The notes under the pieces are model-generated. The model made no database searches and was not told the DNA's origin. It was given only the letters and a program-made list of their open reading frames with translations. A stretch of DNA of 32,000 nucleotides, taken from positions 1,050,001 to 1,082,000 of the forward strand of contig NC_016012.1 in assembly GCF_000283555.1 (NCBI RefSeq), in the 5' to 3' direction. Below are positions 1 to 10,100 of the stretch, piece by piece; the first letter of the stretch is position 1; each line of letters begins with the position of its first letter. A program made the translations under genes and the position numbers. The stretch is from Candidatus Arthromitus sp. SFB-rat-Yit. Lineage in GTDB: Bacteria > Bacillota > Clostridia > Clostridiales > Clostridiaceae.

Positions 1-1227
1 TACTCCTTCACGACTTAAAGGAAACTTACACGAAGGACAAACATCCGGTATATCTATCTCTTTCAAATTTCCGCAAGAAAAACCTTTAATAATCTCCGGA
101 ATAACATCATTTGATCTCCTAATTAATACATCGCAATTAAGTTTAACATTTTTTCTAACAATATCATCTATGTTGTTTAACGTCGCACGCTTTATTGTTA
201 TTCCCGAAATATCAACAGGTTCAAGTATTGCTGTTGGTGAAACCCTTCCACTTCGTCCAACATTCCACTCTACGTTAATAAGTTTTGTTTTCACTTCTTC
301 AGCTTCAAATTTATATGCTATAGAAAATTTTGGATGTTTAACCGTATATCCCAGTATTTCTCGTAAATTCAGCTCATTTATAGAAACCACGACACCATCA
401 ATATCATAATTTAAATTTTCCCTTAATGACTCGATCCTTTTTATTTCTTCCTTGACCTCATCAATTGTATTACACAATTTAAATTCAGGACACTTGAACT
501 TATTGTGACTTAAAAAATTTAATATTTCAAAATATGTAGAAAATTTTCCATCATTATAATATGCAACATCATAAATAAATGTATTTAGTTTCCTCTTCTT
601 CGTTTCACTCACATCTAAATTTCTCAAAGCTCCTGCTGCACCATTTCTTAGATTTTTAAGAGGTGTATCTGAGGTCTTATTATATTTTTCAAACTCATCT
701 TTGGTCATTATGACCTCTCCACGTATTTCAAAATTTCCCATGTCATCTATTGATAATGGTATACTTTTTATAGTTTTTGCTTGCTCTGTTACATTCTCCC
801 CAATCTCACCTGTTCCTCTTGTAGCTGCCTTTATAAATTCCCCGTTTTCATAAACAAGATTTATACTTACTCCATCAAATTTTTGTACAACTATATATGA
901 ATGGGGATTTAAATTATTTTCATTTGACAGATTTATATTTTTCTTGTGCCACATATCTAAACTTTCAAATGATGTAACCTTATCAAGACTCCACATTCTC
1001 GCTTTATGTACTGACTTTTCAAATTTATCTAAAATTATATCTCCAACTCTTTGAGTGGGCGAATTTTTCAAGACATAGTTACTCTCTTTTTCAAGCTTCT
1101 TAAGTTCATCATAAAGCTTATCATATTCCTTATCCTCAATTTTAGGATTATCAAGAACATAGTACTCATAAGAACATTCATTCAAATATAGGACAAGTTC
1201 GTGTATCCTTTTTATTTTATATTCCAA
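1..1227 (-). CDS. ligA: NAD-dependent DNA ligase LigA, N-terminal ~409 aa (gene runs off the left edge)
   Basis: My minus-strand translation gives LEYKIKRIHELVLYLNECSYEYYVLDNPKIEDKEYD..., ...IVVQKFDGVSINLVYENGEFIKAATRGTGEIGENVTEQAKTIKSIPLSI..., YDIDGVVVSI, FSIAYKFEAEEVKTKLINVEWNVGRSGRVSPTAILEPVDISGITIKRATLNN and a zinc-finger start CPSCKFPLSREGV. TTG start at 1227..1225 preceded by AGGAGAGGGG. Missing from the ORF track because it has a TTG start and no stop within the window. Confidence 0.95.
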   Translation of the reverse strand, partial: MEYKIKRIHELVLYLNECSYEYYVLDNPKIEDKEYDKLYDELKKLEKESNYVLKNSPTQRVGDIILDKFEKSVHKARMWSLDKVTSFESLDMWHKKNINLSNENNLNPHSYIVVQKFDGVSINLVYENGEFIKAATRGTGEIGENVTEQAKTIKSIPLSIDDMGNFEIRGEVIMTKDEFEKYNKTSDTPLKNLRNGAAGALRNLDVSETKKRKLNTFIYDVAYYNDGKFSTYFEILNFLSHNKFKCPEFKLCNTIDEVKEEIKRIESLRENLNYDIDGVVVSINELNLREILGYTVKHPKFSIAYKFEAEEVKTKLINVEWNVGRSGRVSPTAILEPVDISGITIKRATLNNIDDIVRKNVKLNCDVLIRRSNDVIPEIIKGFSCGNLKEIDIPDVCPSCKFPLSREGV

Positions 1228-1245
1228 AAATCCCCTCTCCTAATC

Positions 1246-3441
1246 TTAAATAAATTCAATCGGTGCATTATTCAATCCAAGTTTCTTAATTCCATTATTA
1301 TCAAAAGCAACCACAATTTTTGGACTTTCGGTATCCTCCTCAACTCTAACGATCACACCCAAACCAAAATTTTTGTGTTTGATCTTCATTCCCGCTCTAA
1401 CATCATCTTTTGAAACATTATTATATTTTTTGGGAGAATCACTAACAAGTGGATTATAATTAAATTTCCCAAAACTTTTTGATGGCATAGACTCACAAAT
1501 ATTAATTTCTTCACCCCTAAAATCAATATTTAATAATAAATTACTTGGAACTTCTCCCAAAAATTTAGATTTAGTTCTAAACCCTGTTTCACCATAAACC
1601 ATTCTCATGTTTGCATATGTAAAATAAAGTATATCTTTCGCTCTTGTTATTCCAACATAGCAAAGCCTTCTTGATTCTTCCATTTCATCAATATCATCAA
1701 AGCACTTATTACTTGGAAAAATTCCATTTTCCATACCAACCATAAACACAACAGGAAATTCCAATCCTTTCGAAGAATGAATTGTCATAAGTGTAATTGA
1801 AGAAGATTTTTCATCATATTTATCAATTTCACTAACAAGCATAATATTTTCAAGAAAATCTTCAATATTTCCATCAATATTCAATTGTTCAAAATTAACA
1901 GCCGCATTTATAAACTCCTGAATATTTTCAAAACGTGTATCTATATCAGAATCCTTAGATTTTTTTAAAGCATCAATATATCCAATTTTATCAATCATTA
2001 AACGAATAAACTCTGAAGGTTTTAAATCAATATATTTTCTAATCTCCTCAATAGATTTAGCAAAATTCTTTATGATATCTTGGGTTCTAAGACTAATTGT
2101 TGCAATTTCAGCACATGCAACCATCGCATCAAACAAACCAATTCCATTTCTTTCAGCATATTCCGATAATTTATACAAAGTTGTATCTCCAATGCCTCGT
2201 TTAGGTTCGTTTATAATTCTTCTAAGACTTATCTCATCACTCGGATTAACTATTGTTTTTATATACGCAATTATATCCTTAATTTCCTTTCTTTCATAGA
2301 AACGCATAACACCTACAAGCTTATACGGTATTTGATTTTTAACGCATATTTCCTCAAACATTCTTGATTGAGAATTTGTTCTATATAAAATTCCAAAATC
2401 TCTATATTCATATCCCTTTGATTTAATAAGTCTAAAAATTTCGTTAATAACAAACAACGCTTCTTCTTCTGCGTTACTTGCTCTAAATAATTTAATTTTA
2501 TCTCCTTCATTATTTATTGCTTTTAAAATTTTCTTCTTTCTTCTTACATTATTTAAAATCACTTTGTTTGCGGCATCTAATATAGTAGACTTAGACCTAT
2601 AATTCTTCTCAAGTTTAATAACCTTTGTATTTTTATAATCCTTTTCAAAATCCAAGATATTATTTATATCTGCACCCCTCCACTGATAAATACATTGATC
2701 ATCATCACCAACAACACAAATATTTTTGTTCATATCAGCGAGCATCTTAACCAAGTAATACTGAGAATAATTTGTATCCTGATACTCATCGACCATAATA
2801 TACTTAAATTTTGATTGATAGAAACTCAAAATTTCTGGATGTTTTTCAAATAATTCAATCGTTTTAAAAATTAAATTATCAAAATCAAGAGAATTGTTCT
2901 CAAATAATTTCTTCTCATAAACCTCATAAATTTGTGCAACAAGCCTTTCTCTATAATCAAAAGCATTTGAAATAGCTTCATCTGGTTTTATAAACTGATT
3001 TTTATAGTTAGAAATCTTCCTTAAAACTTCTGATGGATCAATATTATCTTGATTAATTTTAAGAATATCCATGCACTGTTTTACAAGAGCCTTTTGATCT
3101 GGAAAATCATAAATAGTAAATGAACTTGTATAACCAAGATTACCAATTTCCCTCCTCAAAATACGAACACATAAAGAGTGAAAAGTCGATATCCACATAT
3201 TTTCAGAAATTTCTCCAATTAGAGAACGAACCCTGTCTTTCATTTCTTTTGCTGCCTTATTTGTAAAAGTGATAGCAAGTATTTGATAGCTATTAATACC
3301 TAAATTTTTTATCATATGAGCGATTCTGTATGTAATCGTTCTAGTCTTTCCAGACCCCGCACCAGCTAAAATAAGTAATGGTCCATCAACACTTGTAACC
3401 GCACTATATTGTTCCTCATTTAATAACTCCCTTAATTCCAT
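1246..3441 (-). CDS. pcrA: ATP-dependent DNA helicase PcrA/UvrD (superfamily 1)
   Basis: 731 aa with LNEEQYSAV, Walker A LAGAGSGKTRTITYR, DEYQDTN, VGDDDQCIYQWRGA, LEKNYRS, TIHSSKGLEFPVVF and VGITRAK. Confidence 0.97.
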   Translation of the reverse strand: MELRELLNEEQYSAVTSVDGPLLILAGAGSGKTRTITYRIAHMIKNLGINSYQILAITFTNKAAKEMKDRVRSLIGEISENMWISTFHSLCVRILRREIGNLGYTSSFTIYDFPDQKALVKQCMDILKINQDNIDPSEVLRKISNYKNQFIKPDEAISNAFDYRERLVAQIYEVYEKKLFENNSLDFDNLIFKTIELFEKHPEILSFYQSKFKYIMVDEYQDTNYSQYYLVKMLADMNKNICVVGDDDQCIYQWRGADINNILDFEKDYKNTKVIKLEKNYRSKSTILDAANKVILNNVRRKKKILKAINNEGDKIKLFRASNAEEEALFVINEIFRLIKSKGYEYRDFGILYRTNSQSRMFEEICVKNQIPYKLVGVMRFYERKEIKDIIAYIKTIVNPSDEISLRRIINEPKRGIGDTTLYKLSEYAERNGIGLFDAMVACAEIATISLRTQDIIKNFAKSIEEIRKYIDLKPSEFIRLMIDKIGYIDALKKSKDSDIDTRFENIQEFINAAVNFEQLNIDGNIEDFLENIMLVSEIDKYDEKSSSITLMTIHSSKGLEFPVVFMVGMENGIFPSNKCFDDIDEMEESRRLCYVGITRAKDILYFTYANMRMVYGETGFRTKSKFLGEVPSNLLLNIDFRGEEINICESMPSKSFGKFNYNPLVSDSPKKYNNVSKDDVRAGMKIKHKNFGLGVIVRVEEDTESPKIVVAFDNNGIKKLGLNNAPIEFI

Positions 3442-3452
3442 AACCTACTCTC

Positions 3453-4169
3453 CTAAACCATTTTTAATAAATTAATCTCTTCTACAGTTAAATGCCTATA
3501 CTCTCCCTCTTTCAAACTTTCATCAAGTTTTAAACCGCCAAACTCTATTCTCTTTAAATATGTAACCAAAAATCCAAATGTTTCAAACATTCTCTTAATT
3601 TGATGAAATTTCCCTTCAGTTAAAATGAGTTCACACTCTGACCCATCATTATGAACCTTAAGTATTTTTAACTTTGCTGACTTGCACTTAACACCATCTT
3701 CTAAAACTACTCCATCATTAAATATTCCAATAAATGAATCGTTTAAACATCCATCCACTCTAACAAAATATTTCTTTTCAACATGACGTTTAGGAGATAA
3801 AACCCTGTGGCACATATCTCCATCATTTGAAATAATTAAAAGTCCAACCGTGTCTTTATCAAGCCTTCCTATTGGATATGGCCCAAGAATTTTATCTTCT
3901 TCACTCACAATTTCCAAAACCGTCCTATCAAATTTATCAAAAGTTGCTGAAACAAATCCAGGAGGTTTATTCATCATCAAATAAACAAACTCTGTATACA
4001 AAACCTCCTCACCATTCACACAAACTTTATCCTTCTTTATATCAATATGTACAGATGGCTTGTCTGCAATTTCTCCATTAACACTAACACTATTTTGCCG
4101 TATCAATTTGTGAACTTCCTTCCTACTACCATATCCATTATTCGCAATAAATTTATCTAACCTCATCAT
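3453..4169 (-). CDS. RsuA/RluB-family pseudouridine synthase with N-terminal S4 domain
   Basis: 238 aa; S4-like N-terminus (MRLDKFIANNGYGSRKEVHKLI), catalytic YPIGRLDKDTVGLLIISNDGD and C-terminal EGKFHQIKRMF. Confidence 0.93.
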   Translation of the reverse strand: MMRLDKFIANNGYGSRKEVHKLIRQNSVSVNGEIADKPSVHIDIKKDKVCVNGEEVLYTEFVYLMMNKPPGFVSATFDKFDRTVLEIVSEEDKILGPYPIGRLDKDTVGLLIISNDGDMCHRVLSPKRHVEKKYFVRVDGCLNDSFIGIFNDGVVLEDGVKCKSAKLKILKVHNDGSECELILTEGKFHQIKRMFETFGFLVTYLKRIEFGGLKLDESLKEGEYRHLTVEEINLLKMV

Positions 4170-4239
4170 AAGTTCATTACTCCTATTTATTTCTAAACAA
4201 TATTTTACTACAACAAAGATAATTTTTTAATAAAAAAAT

Positions 4240-4262
4240 AAAGCAGCCAATAAAGCTACTTT
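4240..4262 (-). terminator. Rho-independent terminator after the transglycosylase gene
   Basis: AAAGCAGC-CAATAAA-GCTACTTT (one mismatch) overlaps the stop; on the minus strand it is followed by ATTTTTTTA. Confidence 0.6.
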
Positions 4263-4908
4263 AAAAACCATTATTATAATAGTGAATAATATTTGTAACG
4301 TGTACACGAGTTTCTTTAGGAAGCATAGAAACATCTTCCAAAGATCTAAATCCACTTTTGTCAAGAGCATTTCCACCACAATTATAAGCTGCAACTGCCT
4401 TAACTATATCTCCACTATATCTATCTATCATTCCTTTTAAATGTTTAGTACCTGCATCAACATTTTCATAAATATTATACGGATCTTGAACATTAAACTT
4501 TTTTATAGTATTTGGCATAATTTGCATAAGTCCAATAGCTCCAGCATGAGAAACACATTTAGGATTAAAATTTGACTCCTGCTTAATAAGAGATCTTATA
4601 AGCTTGTCATCAACTCCATATTTTTCAGAAGCTATCATTATTGCATTATCCACATCACTATGTACTTCACCTTTACATTTATCCTTTTCTAAATCATGAT
4701 CAATTTCAATGCATTCAAAATTATTAGTTATATTGATTTTATAACCTTTCTTTTGTAAACAAAATTGATTCACCTCATTTTCAGCACCAACCACAACATG
4801 ATCATGATGAATTATACTTGATGCCAAAGGACTATGTACATTATTGAAAATCACTTGTGATATCAGAAGTCCGACGGCACAAGCTACTTCAATGCTCTTA
4901 GCACCCAT
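4261..4908 (-). CDS. Secreted or membrane-anchored lytic transglycosylase (SLT domain)
   Basis: 215 aa; hydrophobic N-terminus, then IRSLIKQESNFNPKCVSHAGAIGLMQIMPNT...YNIYENVDAGTKHLKGMIDRYSGDIVKAVAAYNCGG, the classic SLT motifs. Confidence 0.93.
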   Translation of the reverse strand: MGAKSIEVACAVGLLISQVIFNNVHSPLASSIIHHDHVVVGAENEVNQFCLQKKGYKINITNNFECIEIDHDLEKDKCKGEVHSDVDNAIMIASEKYGVDDKLIRSLIKQESNFNPKCVSHAGAIGLMQIMPNTIKKFNVQDPYNIYENVDAGTKHLKGMIDRYSGDIVKAVAAYNCGGNALDKSGFRSLEDVSMLPKETRVHVTNIIHYYNNGF

Positions 4909-4976
4909 ATATAAAAAATTCCTCCTAAATAATTTTTGTTAGTTTACTCATTTAGGAGGAATTTATTCATTTACTT

Positions 4977-7007
4977 TCAGGTCACATTAAATTCATATAT
5001 ATCATAATCTTCATAGTTACAAGTCTTATATTCACTCTTTGTAAGAACAAGTAACTTATATTGTCCTTCTTTAAATGGGATAAAGCTATAAGTATTCTTT
5101 CTACTATAAGCTTGTACTCTTCTCCACTCACCTTGCTCCATCAAATAAAATTCATATCCAATATCTCGTCCACCTTTTGTATTTACAACAAAGAATATTG
5201 AATTATTGACGAACAAATACTCATCTTTAACTTCACAAATAATTTTCGTATTCATAATTGGAAGCGAATCTTGAACATATATACGAGCTTCCTTCAAAGA
5301 ATCATATTCTAATTTTGAATTTTTATTTTTAGCCATAACGGAAAGTGTATACTTTCCCTTAACCGTTGGAACATAATCAAACGATGTGTCGTTAATAAAT
5401 TGAGTTTCAACTATAACCTGATCATCAATAGACAAAACATATTTAAATAACGTTTGTTTAGTGTTCTGTGCAATCAAGCTAAATATTATCGGTTCTCCTA
5501 CAACATAGCACTCTTGTTTTTTATAAAGAATATAATCTATTTTTGCCGGATAATAATCCCATACTTTAAAATGAAGTATTGTTGAAGCATCATACTCCTG
5601 CACCGAAAACATATCCTTAACTCTTATCTCAAGCTCATAGTATCCCTTCTCTTGAGGCATAAAAGTCAAAAAATTCTTATCACTATACTCTATATATCCA
5701 ACTTCTTTATTCTCTTTTGTAATTATAAAACTATATTGTAATTTTAATCCACCTTCAGCTTTAACAATAATTCCTATAGGCTTATTCTTAACGTGTTTGT
5801 TGTACGAATCTATTTGTACATCTAAAATTTTAACTACTTGAGAAATATAAGGCAATACGTCAAAATTCATTTCGCCATAAACATCGTAACCTTGTGGCGT
5901 ACTCTCATCTTTTACATAAACCTTAACATTATAATTCCCAGAAATTTTTGGTACCCATTGATAAAAATTTTCCCTTAGATAACCACTCTCTTCAATAAAA
6001 TGTTCATCATCACTGCTTGGACCATTTATTACATATTTGTACAATAAAGTTTTTCCACCTTCAACCTGTATATTAAAGTTTATTGGATGCCCTGTGTAAT
6101 GTGGAGAACTTAAATTTGCAGATAGTTCTATTATTTTTATCTCATTATACGGCTTAACATCGTATATAATAATAGCTCTATCATCATAATTATTTATAGA
6201 ATAAAGATCCTTAACAAGTACAAGCAACCTAAATTTACCATGTCTATTTTCAATAAACGAAACAATACTCTTGGTTGAATAATCTTGTATTACTTCTACC
6301 TTACCTTCCTCATCAACCACCAAGAATTTATACAAAACTGTTTTATTTTCTTCATTATTTATATCACATTGAAATATTAGTTCCTCACCTGAAATAAGTT
6401 CTTTACTTAAACTTTTCAAAGATAATATCTCAATCTTTCCAACATCATTAACGCTAAATTTTATTGTTGCAAAATCATCAAAATTATTTTCAGAATCTTG
6501 CTTTTTACACTGCACAAGTATTTCTTTTTCACCAATTTCATTTAAAGTTAAAATAAGCTTATCGTCATATGTATAATCTTTAAGTAATTCCCATCCATAT
6601 TGACCATTTATCCAAAATTTATAAAGACTTGGTGAATATGATGAGTCAACACTCAAAACCAATTGTTCCCCAACTGAATAACTATCTTTATCTAAATGCA
6701 CTGACTTTATTATTTTTTCATCTTCAATGTCTTTGCCGATTATATAATTTTCCCTAGCTATATAATCAAACGCCTTCTTGCTCGAAATTTTTTTAGCCTG
6801 AACCATAACTATATAATTACCATATTCCGAAGGAACCCATACAACTTCTTTTTGAGTAGAGAAATCTTGTATAGTATACCATACTCCATTAATTCCTACG
6901 CAAAATCTATATACCAATTCCTCATCTAATCCCGAAACCTTTATATTTATTGGCACATCTTTATCCTGTGGAGAGGCTAAGCTAAAATCCATCAATAATT
7001 CATTCAC
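4977..7007 (-). CDS. Multi-repeat protein with Y_Y_Y (triple tyrosine)/Ig-like repeats, 676 aa
   Basis: Repeats of ~90-100 aa, e.g. LLYKYVINGPSSDDEHFIEESGYLRENFYQWVPKISGNYNVKVYVKDESTPQGYDVYGEMNFDV, and similar blocks with YKFWINGQYGWELLKDYTYDDK and YEFYLMEQGEWRRVQAYSRKNTYSFIPFKEGQYKLLVLTKSEYKTCNYEDYDIYEFNV. Confidence 0.8.
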   Translation of the reverse strand: MNELLMDFSLASPQDKDVPINIKVSGLDEELVYRFCVGINGVWYTIQDFSTQKEVVWVPSEYGNYIVMVQAKKISSKKAFDYIARENYIIGKDIEDEKIIKSVHLDKDSYSVGEQLVLSVDSSYSPSLYKFWINGQYGWELLKDYTYDDKLILTLNEIGEKEILVQCKKQDSENNFDDFATIKFSVNDVGKIEILSLKSLSKELISGEELIFQCDINNEENKTVLYKFLVVDEEGKVEVIQDYSTKSIVSFIENRHGKFRLLVLVKDLYSINNYDDRAIIIYDVKPYNEIKIIELSANLSSPHYTGHPINFNIQVEGGKTLLYKYVINGPSSDDEHFIEESGYLRENFYQWVPKISGNYNVKVYVKDESTPQGYDVYGEMNFDVLPYISQVVKILDVQIDSYNKHVKNKPIGIIVKAEGGLKLQYSFIITKENKEVGYIEYSDKNFLTFMPQEKGYYELEIRVKDMFSVQEYDASTILHFKVWDYYPAKIDYILYKKQECYVVGEPIIFSLIAQNTKQTLFKYVLSIDDQVIVETQFINDTSFDYVPTVKGKYTLSVMAKNKNSKLEYDSLKEARIYVQDSLPIMNTKIICEVKDEYLFVNNSIFFVVNTKGGRDIGYEFYLMEQGEWRRVQAYSRKNTYSFIPFKEGQYKLLVLTKSEYKTCNYEDYDIYEFNVT

Positions 7008-7115
7008 GGTTTATCCCCCTTGCGGCACGTAAGCATAAATCTAACCATCATATTTTTATCATATTTCTTAAAATTTTAAATTAATTTTACTAAAAATTAT
7101 AATATATTTAGGTAA

Positions 7116-7145
7116 ATTATACTTTATTTAATGTCATGTATTCAA
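7116..7145 (-). promoter_or_regulatory. Candidate sigma-A promoter for the Y_Y_Y-repeat gene
   Basis: Minus strand TTGAAT-N18-TATAAT (-35 at 7140..7145, -10 at 7116..7121), implying a 5' UTR of about 100 nt. Confidence 0.5.
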
Positions 7146-7153
7146 CTATAAAC

Positions 7154-7179
7154 ATACTAAATTTACCAAAATTTAGTAT
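7154..7179. other. Perfect 11-bp inverted repeat immediately after the pglX-like stop codon
   Basis: ATACTAAATTT-ACCA-AAATTTAGTAT. Weak terminator or operator; no clean T-tract on the minus strand. Confidence 0.5.
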
Positions 7180-7184
7180 TATAA

Positions 7185-10100
7185 TTATTTAAATATATTT
7201 TGATTGTAAAAATCACCTTCCATTTGCAATTTTTCATAAATATTTGAAATTCCATCTTCCAAATCTATATTTATAGATTTTTCACTTACAGCTTTAATCA
7301 TTTGATTATATTTTTTACATTCTTCAAGTTTTAAAATTAAAGTTTCTTTATACTTTTTAGATTTTAAAAATTTTTCATTTTCGTATATGTTCTCAAATTT
7401 TAATATTTCATCTTCATATTTGTGTTCTATAACATCTAAATAATTTATCTTAAACTTCAAAAAATCTTCTTTTGAAAATCTATGAATATATGTTAATGCA
7501 TTAATTCCATTATTCTTCCCTGAACAAAATTCAAAATAAATTGGGCATTTATTATAAATTTTTGAGTGAGTCTTAAAAAAATCTTTCAAAAAATAATTAA
7601 CAATGTTCTCCCTATAACTTCCACTTTTAAAACCAAGAGAAGTGCAAATAAATTTTAAATTCTCATCAACACATTCTCTATCGAAAATAACTTCTAAAAA
7701 TTTCAAAAGCAAATTATAAATATCATTTCCAAAATATTCTTCTGTTGAAATTATAACAAGATTATCCTTTTCTGGGTAAAATCTTCTATAACTTCTCTTA
7801 AAAATATCATCTACATTATCTATAACTTTTTCATAGTCTAGTGAATACCTTCCAAACACACATCCAACAAAATAACTCAAAAAGCTTTCAACAAATTTTT
7901 TCTCATCAATCTTTCTTATAGAAACATTTCCATCTTCAACTTCATGCGAAACTTCATCTGTAAATCCATAAATTTCTTTAAAAATAATGTTCATCTTCTC
8001 TTCATTTCTTTTGACTTCTTCAAACATAATTTCAATTTCTCTATAAAAATTCTCATATGAATCCCTAAGTCTTCCACTTATCCTAAACTCAATTGAAGGA
8101 TGAGTTTTAAAATCCCAAGACGTTTCATAAAAATCCCATTCCTTTTTGCAAAGATAAATATTTCTATTAGCAAGCCTTGTTATATCATCCAAATACAAAT
8201 CATTAATAATAATTGGAAGATCTCCAATATTTCCAATCTGAAAATTAACCGTAGGAGCTATAGAAGACAATAAATAAAAGCAAACATTTGAACACAAAAA
8301 AGCTAAAATATATTTTTCATACTTTTGATCTGGAAATAATGAAGATCCTGAAACATCAAAAATAAATCCATAGTCTTTATACCTAACACCAAAATTTTTA
8401 AAGCCAAATAGTGACCATGTAATTCCTTTTTTAAAATAATACTTTCTATTTTTAATCACAAACTCCGGATCACTTATTCGAGGATATTTTGACCTCACAA
8501 AATTTATGAGATTCTCACCAGCATTCTCATATTTAATTATGTACTCATTGTTGCCATACCACTTCCTATAATCTCCCCCTTTGTTGTATGGAAACCATTT
8601 TTTATCTATTTCCTTTACATCGTCATGATTTTTTGAACAAAATTCTATATCACTCTTGTTCAGTTCATACCAATACCTAACAAAAGTTTTATTGTCAGTT
8701 GTTGCCATTCCTTGTTTTGGTTCAAAATATTCCTTAAGAGGTTTATGCTCTCTAAAAATTTCTCTCGCCCTCTCGCTTATCCAATAATTTATTGGAGATC
8801 CTGGGACATCATCAAATGATCTTAATTTTATTTTTGAATTCCTATTTTGAGATATTGGAAAATTAAACGGCTCTCCACTCGCATTAATATCCTCATATTT
8901 AATATAATTGTAAACCCCTTCATAATCTTTAATTGCCTTCTTTTTAAATATTGTCGCACTCGTTCCAAAAGCAATTGACATTACATTATTATCCATGTGA
9001 AGAAGTGAAACTATTGTATTTTTATCTGAAATAGATTTTCTGAGTTTCTCAAACTTATAAAGGAACATCCATGATTGCATAGTAAGCATTACGTTGAATC
9101 CATTATCGTGCGTTAACTCAAACCCTCTTTCAATAAACACAGAAAATAAATCCATCTTACTATTTGGATAATTCTCTTTTAAATAAAGTGTGAGCTTCTC
9201 CCCCATTCCCCGACTACTCATATACGGAGGATTTGTCACAACAATATGATACTTACTGCTTAAGAGCTTTGAGAGATTAATTAAATTTTTCATACACTCA
9301 AGCTCTTCTTCATTTAAATATGGATACACAAGATCTCCTATTAAATCAAAATCAAGTTTTTTCACAGATAACAGCGATCCATATTCTTTTGAATCCTTAA
9401 AAGAATCTAATATGTATTTAACATCACAAAATTTATCATTATCGAGAATACTCGCCTTCGCAAGAACACTCTCATATATTTCATTGCTCTCAATAATTGG
9501 ATAAAGATTAAATTTAATATTTCTACTCTTAAAAAATTTTCTAGACTTACTTCTACCTTTCATCATAAGAGCAAAATATGCAAGCTCATAAGCTCTATCA
9601 TCAACATCAATACCGAACAAATTATTTTCAAATATTAAATAAGGAATTTCACTTTCCATATACCCATATTCCTTATAGATTTCAAAAAGGAGATCAAATG
9701 CGTAAACCAAAATATGACCGCTACCCATACAAGGATCAATTATTTTTATATCTTTAGGTAAAATATTTTTAAAATCCGCATTCCCAATCTCAGCATCAAC
9801 AAAATATTTAAGTTCTACTGGAAATTCACTCTCGCCACTATTTTCTATGTAAAACCTACCAAGAGAATTTTCAACCATATACTTAACAATCCACTTAGGT
9901 GTGAAAATTTGAGTTACTGAAGGTATGTTTTCTTTAGATATTTTTATATTTTGTTTAAGCCTTTTAAAAATTTCATCCTTCTTCTCTGTTATGTAATACT
10001 GATAAAGCCAACCAATAATCTCAACATTATCAAAAAAATACTTTTCATCGATATCATCTATAATTCTCCTAAGGAAGCTATTTTCATTAGAAAGATTAAC

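Noticed and set aside
170-409. Plus-strand 79-aa ORF
   Set aside because: Antisense to a well-supported ligA reading frame; no domain and no independent support.
1201-4081. Plus-strand ORFs at 1201..1413, 2072..2299 and 3872..4081, plus the minus-frame ORF 2313..2510
   Set aside because: All lie within or across the ligA, pcrA and pseudouridine synthase frames; shadow ORFs of AT-rich coding sequence.
4977-7007. The large gene downstream of pglX as a disguised PglZ
   Set aside because: Composed of Y_Y_Y/Ig-like repeats with no alkaline-phosphatase-superfamily motifs, and it has its own promoter candidate.
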